Shown here in pieces: positions 21,275 through 30,855 of a stretch of DNA of 64,000 nt (the first letter of the stretch is position 1; the number at the start of each line of letters is the position of its first letter). The stretch is from a virus. Made by a program: the position numbers and the translations under genes. The notes beneath the pieces were generated by a model. It was not told where the DNA came from. It did not search any database and saw only the letters and a list, made by a program, of their open reading frames with translations. The stretch spans positions 57,518-121,517 of IMG/VR virus record IMGVR_UViG_3300044799_000154, one strand, 5' to 3'.

Positions 21275-21886
21275 ATGGAAGACTTTACCAAATATTCTAA
21301 GAATGATCCTCAGAATAGAATGAAGGTTCTTTCTCCAACCAGAATAGACTTTACTGCACATGATGAGATTTCATATATGTGGAAAGAAATAGATTCTAAG
21401 AAATCTTTGAACTTGATAACTAAAGTAAAAGTAAAGCCTAGAATTGGAGCAGGATTCTCATTGTTAATCTTCTATAGTTTAGCCAATGAACTTCAATATG
21501 GAAAGTATTTCAGAGATCAGAAAAAGAAATGCATATGGATCTGCTTTGAGACTGTACAAGGAAAACCTAGATTAGCAATATACTATGAAGGAGATCAAGG
21601 AGCACAACATAATGGTCCTCTCCTTTCATGGAATAAAATCTATTCGATAACAATTGTTAGAAGTCCTCAGGATCTTTCATTGGAAGCACTTGATGAAGAA
21701 GGAAAGAATGTAAGTTCTCTAAAAGTTAGATTGGAAGATTCACCTAAGTTCCAATACTTCTTTATATGCAACAATTGGTTTTTCAATGATTCAAAGGAAC
21801 CAATGTGGTTCAGAGGAGAAATATTAGACTTGGAATTTGCAGAGGAAGTTGAAAAGAAAAGTTTCTTTAGGAGTTTGAGATCATGA
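21275..21886 (+). CDS. Stand-alone beta-sandwich (ConA/lectin-like) protein
   Basis: Alternating beta-strand pattern; aligns by eye with an internal domain of the 23974..26634 protein. Confidence 0.5.
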   Translation: MEDFTKYSKNDPQNRMKVLSPTRIDFTAHDEISYMWKEIDSKKSLNLITKVKVKPRIGAGFSLLIFYSLANELQYGKYFRDQKKKCIWICFETVQGKPRLAIYYEGDQGAQHNGPLLSWNKIYSITIVRSPQDLSLEALDEEGKNVSSLKVRLEDSPKFQYFFICNNWFFNDSKEPMWFRGEILDLEFAEEVEKKSFFRSLRS

Positions 21887-22767
21887 AAATAGTTTTCTTC
21901 CAATGGGGTCCACACCATCAAGCAACTTGGGAATATCTTTTTAGTCAATTAGAACTGAAAGGTTTTAATCCCATAAATCATAGTGGACAAGAGAATGGTA
22001 AGAAAATTGCTGATGATGCAGATATAGTCTTTATTACCTCTGATAGAGATCGTCCTATTAAGAATCCCAAAACCAAGACATGTTTTATAGGACACGGAAT
22101 GGGTTTGGAAAGTTGGGATCCTGGAATGAACACGGATGATCGTGTATTTCTTGCGGGAAAAAAACCTTGGACTCCGCCTCTAGATGCTTCAAATTGGAGA
22201 ATGGTTGGTTGGAGTAAATCTGATGTTCTATGGTATCCTGAAAAAGAAAAAGTAGATTATGTCAGAGACTTCATGGCTAAGTTTCCTTATGAGACTTCTA
22301 TCTTATTTGTTCCTCCTCAAGATAGAAATGATCTTCCTCATCTTGATTTCATAGTAGAATATGCAGATCAGCATAAGTATAACTTGATAGTTCCATTTAG
22401 GAAAAGAAGTCAAGCTTACAATATCGAAGAAGGAATTGCAAGATACAAAAAGTATGCTAATGTTCAATGCCCAGAGATCTTGAATCTATATTACTTCAAA
22501 CCTTATATCAAAATAGTAGCAATAATGGGTTTGTCTTCAGTTGGGAGAGAATTCTATCCAACTGGTCTTCCAACCTTACATGCTGGTTTTGGATTTGAAG
22601 AGTCTCATTTTAGTTATCCTATTGAAAGAGACTTTCCTAAGTTTCTAGAAGAAGCTATTATAGATCCAAAGAAATATCTACAACCACCTGAAGTAGTTAG
22701 AAGCTTTCATGAAATCTGGGATGGAGAAGCTACAAAAAGAATAATAGCTGAAATAGAAAAAATGTAA
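21883..22767 (+). CDS. CDP-glycerol:glycerophosphotransferase (TagB/TagF)-like GT-B protein
   Basis: FIGHG, VGWSKSD, ILFVP and DGEATKRI match the HG / GxPRxD / LYAP / DGxAxxR pattern. Confidence 0.7.
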   Translation: MKIVFFQWGPHHQATWEYLFSQLELKGFNPINHSGQENGKKIADDADIVFITSDRDRPIKNPKTKTCFIGHGMGLESWDPGMNTDDRVFLAGKKPWTPPLDASNWRMVGWSKSDVLWYPEKEKVDYVRDFMAKFPYETSILFVPPQDRNDLPHLDFIVEYADQHKYNLIVPFRKRSQAYNIEEGIARYKKYANVQCPEILNLYYFKPYIKIVAIMGLSSVGREFYPTGLPTLHAGFGFEESHFSYPIERDFPKFLEEAIIDPKKYLQPPEVVRSFHEIWDGEATKRIIAEIEKM

Positions 22768-22904
22768 GTCTCCGAGAAGGAAAATTCTAGAATAAATATA
22801 AGCACTAAATAGATTAATCCATCTGAACAAAAACGATTTCAAAGATAAGGCTAAAGAAGAAATCTTTATATGTTTCTTTCTTATCCTTTAAGTGAGGAAA
22901 TTAA

Positions 22905-23342
22905 ATGCCTTGGAGTAAAGAGAAACTTAAGGAGTATATGAAAAAGAAATATCATGAAGATTCTGATTATAGAGAAAAAGTGAAAAAGAAATCAAGAGAA
23001 AGACAAAGGAAGAACTATTATGACAAGAATCTTCGACCATATAGACAGAAGTTAAGAGCAGAAATTTTGGAACTTTTAGGAAACAAATGCAATAATTCAG
23101 GTTGTCTCATTCCAGGAGGTTGTAAAGACATTCGGTGTTTGGAAATTGATCATGTAAAAAATAATGGATATCTCCATAGAAAGAAATTTGGGGGTGTTCG
23201 TCTGAATTATACTAGTTATTTGATAGAAATTAGAAATGCAATTCTTCATGGTTCAAAAGATTATCAACTTTTGTGCTCAAACTGTAACAAGATAAAAGAA
23301 TTTGAAAGAATGGAAATTAAAAGAAAGCAAAGATTTCTTTAG
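22905..23342 (+). CDS. HNH-family endonuclease
   Basis: GNKCNNSGC...LEIDHV...YQLLCSNCN; close paralog of 15557..15940. Confidence 0.8.
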   Translation: MPWSKEKLKEYMKKKYHEDSDYREKVKKKSRERQRKNYYDKNLRPYRQKLRAEILELLGNKCNNSGCLIPGGCKDIRCLEIDHVKNNGYLHRKKFGGVRLNYTSYLIEIRNAILHGSKDYQLLCSNCNKIKEFERMEIKRKQRFL

Positions 23343-23424
23343 TAACATTTTTTCAGAAATTAAAATTTGCCTTTCTCATCCTTTTCTAAGAACTTAGTAT
23401 TTTAAAAAAAGAAATGTTTGGAAC

Positions 23425-23766
23425 TTAAGCATATTTGGCTTTAATAGCTTTATATGCTTTCACTACAAATTTACGCCAAATAACTTTGACTGCTTGATCT
23501 GCAAACATTGTTATAGCAGTTAACACAATAGCTTTTAGAGCTTCTGCTGGTATTCCAACTTCTGCAAAAGAATCCCATTGAGCATCTGTTATTCCTGCAC
23601 CTGCTATTCCACCTAAGATTGAACCAATGATTACTGTCTTTGCTAATTTTTGTTTATCAATAGATTCCCAAGGTTCATTCTTTGCCATTCCAATGCCAGC
23701 AGCTATAGCACCATAGACAATACCTTTTCCAATTCCAATAAGTATTCGTACTATTTCTGGATTCAT
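23425..23766 (-). CDS. Small membrane protein (holin-like)
   Basis: Two to three hydrophobic segments and a basic C-terminus; last gene of the late operon. Confidence 0.55.
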   Translation of the reverse strand: MNPEIVRILIGIGKGIVYGAIAAGIGMAKNEPWESIDKQKLAKTVIIGSILGGIAGAGITDAQWDSFAEVGIPAEALKAIVLTAITMFADQAVKVIWRKFVVKAYKAIKAKYA

Positions 23767-23798
23767 ATTCTCTCCCTACCTATTATAAGTTATTTAAC

Positions 23799-23972
23799 CT
23801 ATATAAGTGTTTTGGATTCTTTCTCACACTTTTTACAAAGATATGTGATCTTAATGCTCCCATTCTCAAATTTCTGTTGAACTTCAGTCATATTCCTAAA
23901 ATCATCTAAGTTCCCACATTTGTAACATATGTATGGAATATATTCTATTTTAGGTTTTGCTTGAGATTCCAT
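23799..23972 (-). CDS. Small zinc-ribbon protein
   Basis: CYKCG...CKKC; ATG at 23972 with GGAG upstream. Confidence 0.6.
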   Translation of the reverse strand: MESQAKPKIEYIPYICYKCGNLDDFRNMTEVQQKFENGSIKITYLCKKCEKESKTLI

Positions 23973-23973
23973 T

Positions 23974-26634
23974 CTAATTGCTCCATAATGCATTTATTCC
24001 AGTTGTACCTGTGCTTAAAGCTAGAGTACTACTAACACTCAAAGTAGAAATATCTACCTTTTTAATCTCATTGATGTTTCCACCACCAACATATAGATAA
24101 TCACCAGATCCTATAGCACAACCAAATGAGGTCCAATCAGTATCACTATCAGCAAGCTCTTTCTCAAAACCAAAGGCTCCCATTCTCAACTTAAGCAAAT
24201 GTTTGAAAGTGCATCCAGTAACCCAGAATAAATCATTCCAAGGTTTGGAACCAGCATAGAAGAAGCATTCCATCTTAGGAGTGTGAGAAGATCCAGTTGG
24301 AATAAGATAATTGCTTGTACTCAATGTAAGATCTGCCTTAGTAATTTTATAGCACATACCATTTGTCGTAAAGGCATAGATGTAAGTATCATCAAGATAG
24401 AATGTTTCTATCTGTCCAGGAGTAGTTACTTCACCAATTGCTAAGTTCTCAATGTCTAGATCACAAGTCTTATTGCTTCCATCATTGTAAGTATCTCCAG
24501 CATAAAGATATCTGAAAGTATGATTGGCATGAAGTGTCAAAGTTTTAGTTCCCAAATCACCTGATGCTCCAGCATCTAAAAGAGCTTGACTTGAATAAAC
24601 ATCTAATGTAAGAGTTGTAGTACTCTTGACTAGTCTACAGAAATAGAAAGTTGTAAGAGCTATTGTTAAAGCAGTATCCTCATACGCTGATCCACCATTA
24701 TCTTCATGAAGATAAAGTTTATAACTGGAAGCACCATCTTGAGTAACTCTAACTCCTATGAAAATTTTAGATCCATCATGCAATCCTTTGGCATCATCTA
24801 GAGTGTCTTTAGCTAAAAGATAAGGATAAGCAACTGCTCCTTCAGCAGAACTATCTATACAGAATTTAAATTTATGAGTGAAATTTCCAAAGTGATCTGC
24901 TGTATAATCTTTAGTTACTCTAGCATCTTGAGAAGTATTAGCATTGAAGTCTAGATAATTGTGATGAATAATATCTATCCAAGTCGCTGGATCAGTCTCT
25001 GTAAATCCTTTAAGATCTTCATAGACTCTATTATCTTGGAAAATTGTATATTTGTAAGAAGCTGTTATTGTTGAAAAGTCTGCAATAGCAATAGTCCAAA
25101 AAGCAGACTTTGCTGTAGCTACAGATCCACCTATCCTTAGATCTGTACCATCAACTGAGATTGGACCAACACTATCAGCACTATCTCCACCAATAGTACT
25201 TAAAATTTTTACAGTCTCTGTCCAATCACTCTTAGCTATTTTAATTACTCTTGGAGATGAAGCTCCAGTACCATCCTGTAAACAAGTAACATAAATATAA
25301 TCTCCACTTTGAACAATACCTCTAATCTTTCGTCCATTTGTAAGAGTATGAGTAGAATTAACTCCCATGTCTCCAGAGCCATCTACTTTCTTGATAATAT
25401 TCTCATTGGTTCCTCCGCCAGCTATGTAAAGCCAATTGGTGTCCCCGACAAGAACTAGATAACCTGCCATATTCTCCCCTACTTCTTCTATCTCATATAC
25501 ACATAAAAACCCTTCGGAAGAACTGTAAATTTCTCCCCATGTATACTTAATTGTTGTATAATTAATTACATCCATCAAACCCCAACCTTGATGAGCACCA
25601 CTATATACCGTTTCATCAAGGCTCCAAGTATCGCCACTATCCAATGTTTTGAAAATTAAAACTTGAAATGGAGTAGCATAATCCAAAATAACTGTGTAGG
25701 TAGTTGCATCTACAACGTCAATTTTTCCCCAACCCTCAGAACCATTTCCAGAGTTACCTGCTGCGGTAATTGCTTTAATACTCCATGTTGAACCAGTCCA
25801 ACTTGCAGTATGCCATTCCATATTACCACTCAGACCATGTACTGTAAATAGAATAATTGGATTACCATTTGGTAGAAGTCTTAAGTGTGCCCCTCTTGTT
25901 GCAGCACCAGAACTATCATATACCTTATCAGAAGTTGTAGCATTTGCTGGAGTCGTTATAACTGTACCATCAGCCTTTTTCCAAATTGTACCGCCAGATT
26001 CTCCAACTATATAATATACATCTACTAATGCTTCATCTCCAGCATCTTTTTCCCAAAGGATATGGATTTTATCATTACTATCCATCCAGCAGTATGAGTT
26101 CCATAAGAAAATTGTACCACTGAAATCAGCAAGTTCCCCACTAATTGGATTGCTCCAAGTATCTCCACCATCTGTTGATTTTCTAATACGCACTACTCTA
26201 CGAGATGATACATTATGTTGACATATAAAATATAAGTTTCCGACAGAATCCACTAAAATGTTAGGTTCATTGCATGAAGTTATATCGCTTGGTGGAGTTT
26301 TAGTTGCCCAACTAGTAATATCATAAGGATTAACACTTCTTTTGTATTTAGGTGCAGTATTACCACAAGAATAAAAAACATGAATATAGCCATCCTTGTC
26401 AACATTCATACAAGGTCTGCCTATATCTATACCAGCAGCATTATCAGTAGCAACTGTAACTACGTCATGCCATTCCTCAGTTGTATGGTTGTAAGCAGTT
26501 ATAATAATGTTTGCAGCACTCCTCTCATCAGAACAAACATATGTTGTACCATTAGCGTATACACTCGCTGGATTCATATAATTACATTGTTGACAGAATT
26601 TATCTGTAATTGCCAATTTTTTGTATCCTACCAT
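23974..26634 (-). CDS. Virion appendage / receptor-binding protein: BNR (Asp-box) propeller plus a second propeller with an inserted lectin-like domain
   Basis: KSTDGGDTWS and KTLDSGDTWS Asp-boxes; repeated YLYV...IKKVD blades. Confidence 0.72.
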   Translation of the reverse strand: MVGYKKLAITDKFCQQCNYMNPASVYANGTTYVCSDERSAANIIITAYNHTTEEWHDVVTVATDNAAGIDIGRPCMNVDKDGYIHVFYSCGNTAPKYKRSVNPYDITSWATKTPPSDITSCNEPNILVDSVGNLYFICQHNVSSRRVVRIRKSTDGGDTWSNPISGELADFSGTIFLWNSYCWMDSNDKIHILWEKDAGDEALVDVYYIVGESGGTIWKKADGTVITTPANATTSDKVYDSSGAATRGAHLRLLPNGNPIILFTVHGLSGNMEWHTASWTGSTWSIKAITAAGNSGNGSEGWGKIDVVDATTYTVILDYATPFQVLIFKTLDSGDTWSLDETVYSGAHQGWGLMDVINYTTIKYTWGEIYSSSEGFLCVYEIEEVGENMAGYLVLVGDTNWLYIAGGGTNENIIKKVDGSGDMGVNSTHTLTNGRKIRGIVQSGDYIYVTCLQDGTGASSPRVIKIAKSDWTETVKILSTIGGDSADSVGPISVDGTDLRIGGSVATAKSAFWTIAIADFSTITASYKYTIFQDNRVYEDLKGFTETDPATWIDIIHHNYLDFNANTSQDARVTKDYTADHFGNFTHKFKFCIDSSAEGAVAYPYLLAKDTLDDAKGLHDGSKIFIGVRVTQDGASSYKLYLHEDNGGSAYEDTALTIALTTFYFCRLVKSTTTLTLDVYSSQALLDAGASGDLGTKTLTLHANHTFRYLYAGDTYNDGSNKTCDLDIENLAIGEVTTPGQIETFYLDDTYIYAFTTNGMCYKITKADLTLSTSNYLIPTGSSHTPKMECFFYAGSKPWNDLFWVTGCTFKHLLKLRMGAFGFEKELADSDTDWTSFGCAIGSGDYLYVGGGNINEIKKVDISTLSVSSTLALSTGTTGINALWSN

Positions 26635-26643
26635 AAACTCCCT

Positions 26644-27984
26644 CTAAGTTATTGTTAAAATTTTCTCCTCTATTAAAGTACTTAAATCAATCCTAAAAAC
26701 ATTATTTTCCCTGTCAACCACAAAGATCTTTCCAGTAGATAAAGTTGGAGTTGTCGTAGTTGCATTATTCTCTGAATAACCATCAGAGTAATAACCAGAG
26801 TCTGAATCATAAGCCCAAGCCCTGTAATAATAATGAACTCCTCCAATTAATCCTATATTATTGTAAGATGTTCCAATGTCAAAATAAACTAAATCACCAT
26901 CTGAAATATTTGCTGGATAAGAACCTATCTTTCGTATAATCTTAGTCTTATCTCCACCTGTTCCTTTTGTCCAAGCAAGATTGATTTGATGAGAATCTAT
27001 TATAGTACATCCTAGACTAGAAGGATCATTTGGTTTGGTATAAAAGGTTACTTCATTACCATAGCCATATCCTACTGAATTGTAAGCATAAGCTCTAACA
27101 TAATACAAAGTTCCAGGAGCAAGACTTGTCATTGATTCAGTGAAAGCTCCAGTTCCAAAAGGACCAGGACTTTCTTCGGTCTTAGAATCAGATATTGTTG
27201 GAGTCCCAGTTGTGTTCCAACAAATTCCTCTCTTAGTACAATTTGCTCCACCAGTAGCGGTAATAGTTCCATTTCCAGTAGCCGTGGTTTCTTCTACACT
27301 GGAAACTGCTTCAGTTGTAACTGTTGGAGCTGTTGGAGCTACATATTCCATAATTGCATCAGCAATCAAATTCCAGTAAGTAGTACCAAATGTCCAATTT
27401 ACTGCTGTTGCAGATTGAGTAGCTGTAACAACTTTATACTCTCCATGTTCAAGATTATTTACACAACTTACAATAAGTGTAAATCCAGAACCAACAGTTG
27501 GTGTCCCAACATTATACTTATATAAGAGTCCAACTATCATATCATGAGCATTTGATGTTGTAATGTTGACACTTGGATTGGAAGTACCATCGCCACCAGC
27601 AGACGGATTAGCTCCCGCATTACTATCAAAAATTGTTGTAGTATCTGCTCCACTAATGCCAAATGCTATCCCAGTCCAACCTTGAACATTTGGAGCACCA
27701 CTTACCGCAACTGTTATAGAAATAGTTCCATGACTTGTCCAGACAGCATACCACTCTTCAAAGTTTTGATAAGCACTACCATGAATATATTGTACTCGTT
27801 TCCTTAAAGTCCATGTAAGGGCAGGATTTGATGTTATACCAGTAACAGTTTTATAACCACCACTATCAAAAGAACCTGCTGTAACAATTAAAACATCATT
27901 ATCCTGAGTAGTAACCAAATTAAATGTCGTTGGTGGGTAAGAGCCATTTAAACCTGAAACAGCTCCATCAATAGCTAAAGTCAT
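26644..27984 (-). CDS. Virion appendage protein with FN3-like domains
   Basis: PTVTT, RGICWNTT, LAPGTLYYVRAYAYN, YYYRAWAY; Thr/Ser-rich. Confidence 0.75.
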   Translation of the reverse strand: MTLAIDGAVSGLNGSYPPTTFNLVTTQDNDVLIVTAGSFDSGGYKTVTGITSNPALTWTLRKRVQYIHGSAYQNFEEWYAVWTSHGTISITVAVSGAPNVQGWTGIAFGISGADTTTIFDSNAGANPSAGGDGTSNPSVNITTSNAHDMIVGLLYKYNVGTPTVGSGFTLIVSCVNNLEHGEYKVVTATQSATAVNWTFGTTYWNLIADAIMEYVAPTAPTVTTEAVSSVEETTATGNGTITATGGANCTKRGICWNTTGTPTISDSKTEESPGPFGTGAFTESMTSLAPGTLYYVRAYAYNSVGYGYGNEVTFYTKPNDPSSLGCTIIDSHQINLAWTKGTGGDKTKIIRKIGSYPANISDGDLVYFDIGTSYNNIGLIGGVHYYYRAWAYDSDSGYYSDGYSENNATTTTPTLSTGKIFVVDRENNVFRIDLSTLIEEKILTIT

Positions 27985-28040
27985 AACCTCTTAAACCCAT
28001 CTTTTTTTCAATTTTATCTCCATGTTATCTTAACTTTCTT

Positions 28041-29072
28041 TCAAGTTACAACAAGTTTTTTCTCTTCAACCAGACCACTAAGATCTATCCTAAATACATT
28101 GTTATCTTTGTCAATTACAAATATTTTGTTAGAAGGCAAAGTAGGTTGTTCTTCTATTCCCCATGTATCATGTGCTGGTTCAGTTGCTTGGTATTTAGAT
28201 ACGAATATCCAATCCAAATCAAGAGTAGGATTAACACTATAACCACCTTCCATTTCAAAAAGAGTTACATTTACTGGTATATGTGTAGTATGATTTACTA
28301 TTTGACTTCCATTATCTACATAATATGATGATGATGTATTAGCAATCCATCTTAATTCATAAAGATGAAATACATTAGCAGATGGTGCTGTCCAAGCGGT
28401 TTTATCTTCAGCAGTATAATAATCCAAGATTTGACCCGCCCCAGATTGAAATATTGAATATTCTGCATTATCAGATTTTTGAAGACCATAATCAGACCCA
28501 TTAGTGGCACTACTTCTTAGATTAAATTTTAGTCTGAGTGAAGTTGGAAGTGTTCCTTTGCTTCTTTCCTTACTATTAACACCAGACAGTGTTAAGTAGC
28601 CACCAGATTCAACTATTGTACCACTTACTGCTGTCCATTTGTTACTATCAATAGAACCATCAGCAAAGTTATCAAAGAATATGAATGTGGCTACACCTTG
28701 GGCTAAATCAGTTGCTAAATAAGGATATGTAGCATCAGACTTACTATAATAAACATAGATAGTTTTATCTACTGTACTTAAGTCTCCAGCAACTTCTACC
28801 CAGAATATGGCACTTGTACCAGAAACATAAGATTCCATCCAACAATCTATTAAAGTATTTCCAGTATCATCAGTAAATCTAATATCACCAAAATCGTTTC
28901 TACAATGACTGTCACAACTAACTTTTCCAGCAGTTACTCCACCAATGGTTTCAGTTCCGTTTGCTGTTCCAACTTTGTAAACTTTAATGCAAGTCTGATA
29001 GAGTGTTCCAGCATTAGCTGCATGAACAATAAGATGAGACTTTCTATAATTCCAACCAGTAAGCCAAGCCAT
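28041..29072 (-). CDS. DUF2341-like domain virion protein
   Basis: WLTGWNYRK, CRNDFGDIRFTD, IFWVEV, IYVYY, FIFFDNF. Confidence 0.75.
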   Translation of the reverse strand: MAWLTGWNYRKSHLIVHAANAGTLYQTCIKVYKVGTANGTETIGGVTAGKVSCDSHCRNDFGDIRFTDDTGNTLIDCWMESYVSGTSAIFWVEVAGDLSTVDKTIYVYYSKSDATYPYLATDLAQGVATFIFFDNFADGSIDSNKWTAVSGTIVESGGYLTLSGVNSKERSKGTLPTSLRLKFNLRSSATNGSDYGLQKSDNAEYSIFQSGAGQILDYYTAEDKTAWTAPSANVFHLYELRWIANTSSSYYVDNGSQIVNHTTHIPVNVTLFEMEGGYSVNPTLDLDWIFVSKYQATEPAHDTWGIEEQPTLPSNKIFVIDKDNNVFRIDLSGLVEEKKLVVT

Positions 29073-29075
29073 ATT

Positions 29076-30215
29076 TTAATTCAGTCTCCTTTTACTTTCT
29101 TTTATTCTTCTAACTTTAATTTGAGGAGGAAGGATAACCAGTTCACAATTTCCTTCCTTCTCAATATTAGTATACTTGCAGATTATTGAATGATTTCCAG
29201 AGCCAGCAAATAAAGTTCCTATGTAATTACTATTCATATCCAGAACTGGAGACCCTGAATCTCCACCAAGACTAAAGTTCTTGCCTGAAACTAGAATACA
29301 ATCAATAAATGTAGCAGAACCTCTTGAATATTTTACAGTACCTGTCCAACTTGTAGATACTACACTTCCAACTGTTACTCCAGTAGTTCTTCCTACTTTC
29401 TGTACTCTTTGATTAAGATTTGGAAGTTTCTTTCCAATTGGTAATCCAATACCATATATTTTAACAAGACAGATATTTGTTATAGGATTACATTTAGGAC
29501 AATTGGAACATCCAATGAAAGAAGCAAAGGCGATGTCTACTCGGTTAAAGAAAGCTTCTTCAGGTCTGAAAGTTTTAAAGATCTTAAGAAAAAAATCTTT
29601 GATAGGATTCTTGACCTGTATAAACTTGATCTCAATACATTTGTAGAATTCTCCTATTTTATCTATAGGTTCTATTCCACCATCGTAAGGAGAAGGTTGC
29701 AGTATAGAATCTCCTACCTTAGCTGTATTCTCTTTTCCAAAACAATGATTATTAGAAGCCATAAGCAATCTTCCAGTTCCATTTTCAATAAATAAACAAT
29801 TTAATGTACAGGCAGTAGATCTATAATGTGTTGCTGAGGTCCCTGCTAGAAGAGGACGATATCTTAATTGTGTTTTTTGTCTTGGTGTAACAGGTCTAGG
29901 AGCAACTACTTCTACTTCATCAAGAGAATGAACTTCTCCCATTTCAACTACATCCACAGGATAACCATTAATAGTTTCTGGAATTAGATCTTCAAGAGAA
30001 AGATGTTTATTAAAAATCTTTGAGATCACATTTCGTTTTCTAAACTGATCTCGTGGAATCTTCTTTGAAACATAAACTCTAATAGCCAAAGAATTGAGAA
30101 TCTTTCCATCCTTGATTTTGGGTTGTAATTCTCCATCAATACCAATTACATTAGGATATTTCCTCAGATCTAGAAAACATTTAGTTAACTCTTCTTCTGT
30201 ACTGAATGCTTGCAT
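29076..30215 (-). CDS. Chymotrypsin-like (S1) serine protease
   Basis: Catalytic triad motifs SNNHC, RVDIA and GGDSGS; KVGRTTGVT. Confidence 0.88.
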   Translation of the reverse strand: MQAFSTEEELTKCFLDLRKYPNVIGIDGELQPKIKDGKILNSLAIRVYVSKKIPRDQFRKRNVISKIFNKHLSLEDLIPETINGYPVDVVEMGEVHSLDEVEVVAPRPVTPRQKTQLRYRPLLAGTSATHYRSTACTLNCLFIENGTGRLLMASNNHCFGKENTAKVGDSILQPSPYDGGIEPIDKIGEFYKCIEIKFIQVKNPIKDFFLKIFKTFRPEEAFFNRVDIAFASFIGCSNCPKCNPITNICLVKIYGIGLPIGKKLPNLNQRVQKVGRTTGVTVGSVVSTSWTGTVKYSRGSATFIDCILVSGKNFSLGGDSGSPVLDMNSNYIGTLFAGSGNHSIICKYTNIEKEGNCELVILPPQIKVRRIKESKRRLN

Positions 30216-30293
30216 GTTCTTTTACCTTCTAGGAATGGAGTTCTCTACTAATAGAAAGTATATAGAAATTAATAAGGTTATCTAAGGTATGGA

Positions 30294-30779
30294 TCATTTG
30301 TTCCACATATCCTTTTTCTTATATAGACATTTCCTATGAGGATTCTCTATATATCCATTCTTTCTAAGGATCTCCCAGAGGATCCTAGCTTGTTGAGATA
30401 GACCTTCATGACAAGAATAGAATTTACCATCTTTCTTGCTTATAGATATTGACTTCTGATTCTTGTATTGTAGAATGAAAGAATCATCTTCTTCAATAAT
30501 ATCTATGTCAGCATGACTGTCTCGGAATATCTTCTTTAGGATTGTTTTAGAGAGATTCTCTGTCATTATTCTACCTTGACAGAATTGTAATCCTCTAGCA
30601 TTCTTGTTTATTGGTTGGACTTCAAGAGGATATGCTTTACTAGGTTTGAAGGAAATATTTAGACTCTCGTCCCTAGAATCATCTTTTGCACTAGAAGAAG
30701 TCTTACTAAAATGTTCGGGATGAGACCATCCCTCAATCAGTCGTTTACCCTCCTTACCTTTCATTCCACATCTATCCAA
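30294..30779 (-). CDS. Hypothetical protein (start uncertain)
   Basis: ORF in the operon orientation, no recognisable motif. Confidence 0.45.
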   Translation of the reverse strand: MDRCGMKGKEGKRLIEGWSHPEHFSKTSSSAKDDSRDESLNISFKPSKAYPLEVQPINKNARGLQFCQGRIMTENLSKTILKKIFRDSHADIDIIEEDDSFILQYKNQKSISISKKDGKFYSCHEGLSQQARILWEILRKNGYIENPHRKCLYKKKDMWNK

Positions 30780-30821
30780 TTACAAGATAATTGCTTACTT
30801 ACCTTTAATAGTGTTTCACAC

Positions 30822-30836
30822 CTATTTAAAGCTTTG
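30822..30836 (-). promoter_or_regulatory. Archaeal BRE-TATA-like promoter
   Basis: CAAAGCTTTAAATAG on the minus strand in an intergenic gap. Confidence 0.5.
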
Positions 30837-30855
30837 TTCTTCATTAAAATAAATA

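Noticed and set aside
5860-22767. Host chromosomal polysaccharide locus adjacent to a provirus
   Set aside because: No att site, integrase, flippase or nucleotidyltransferase; the genes are coupled to the viral replication genes and share their composition. Not fully excluded without coverage data.
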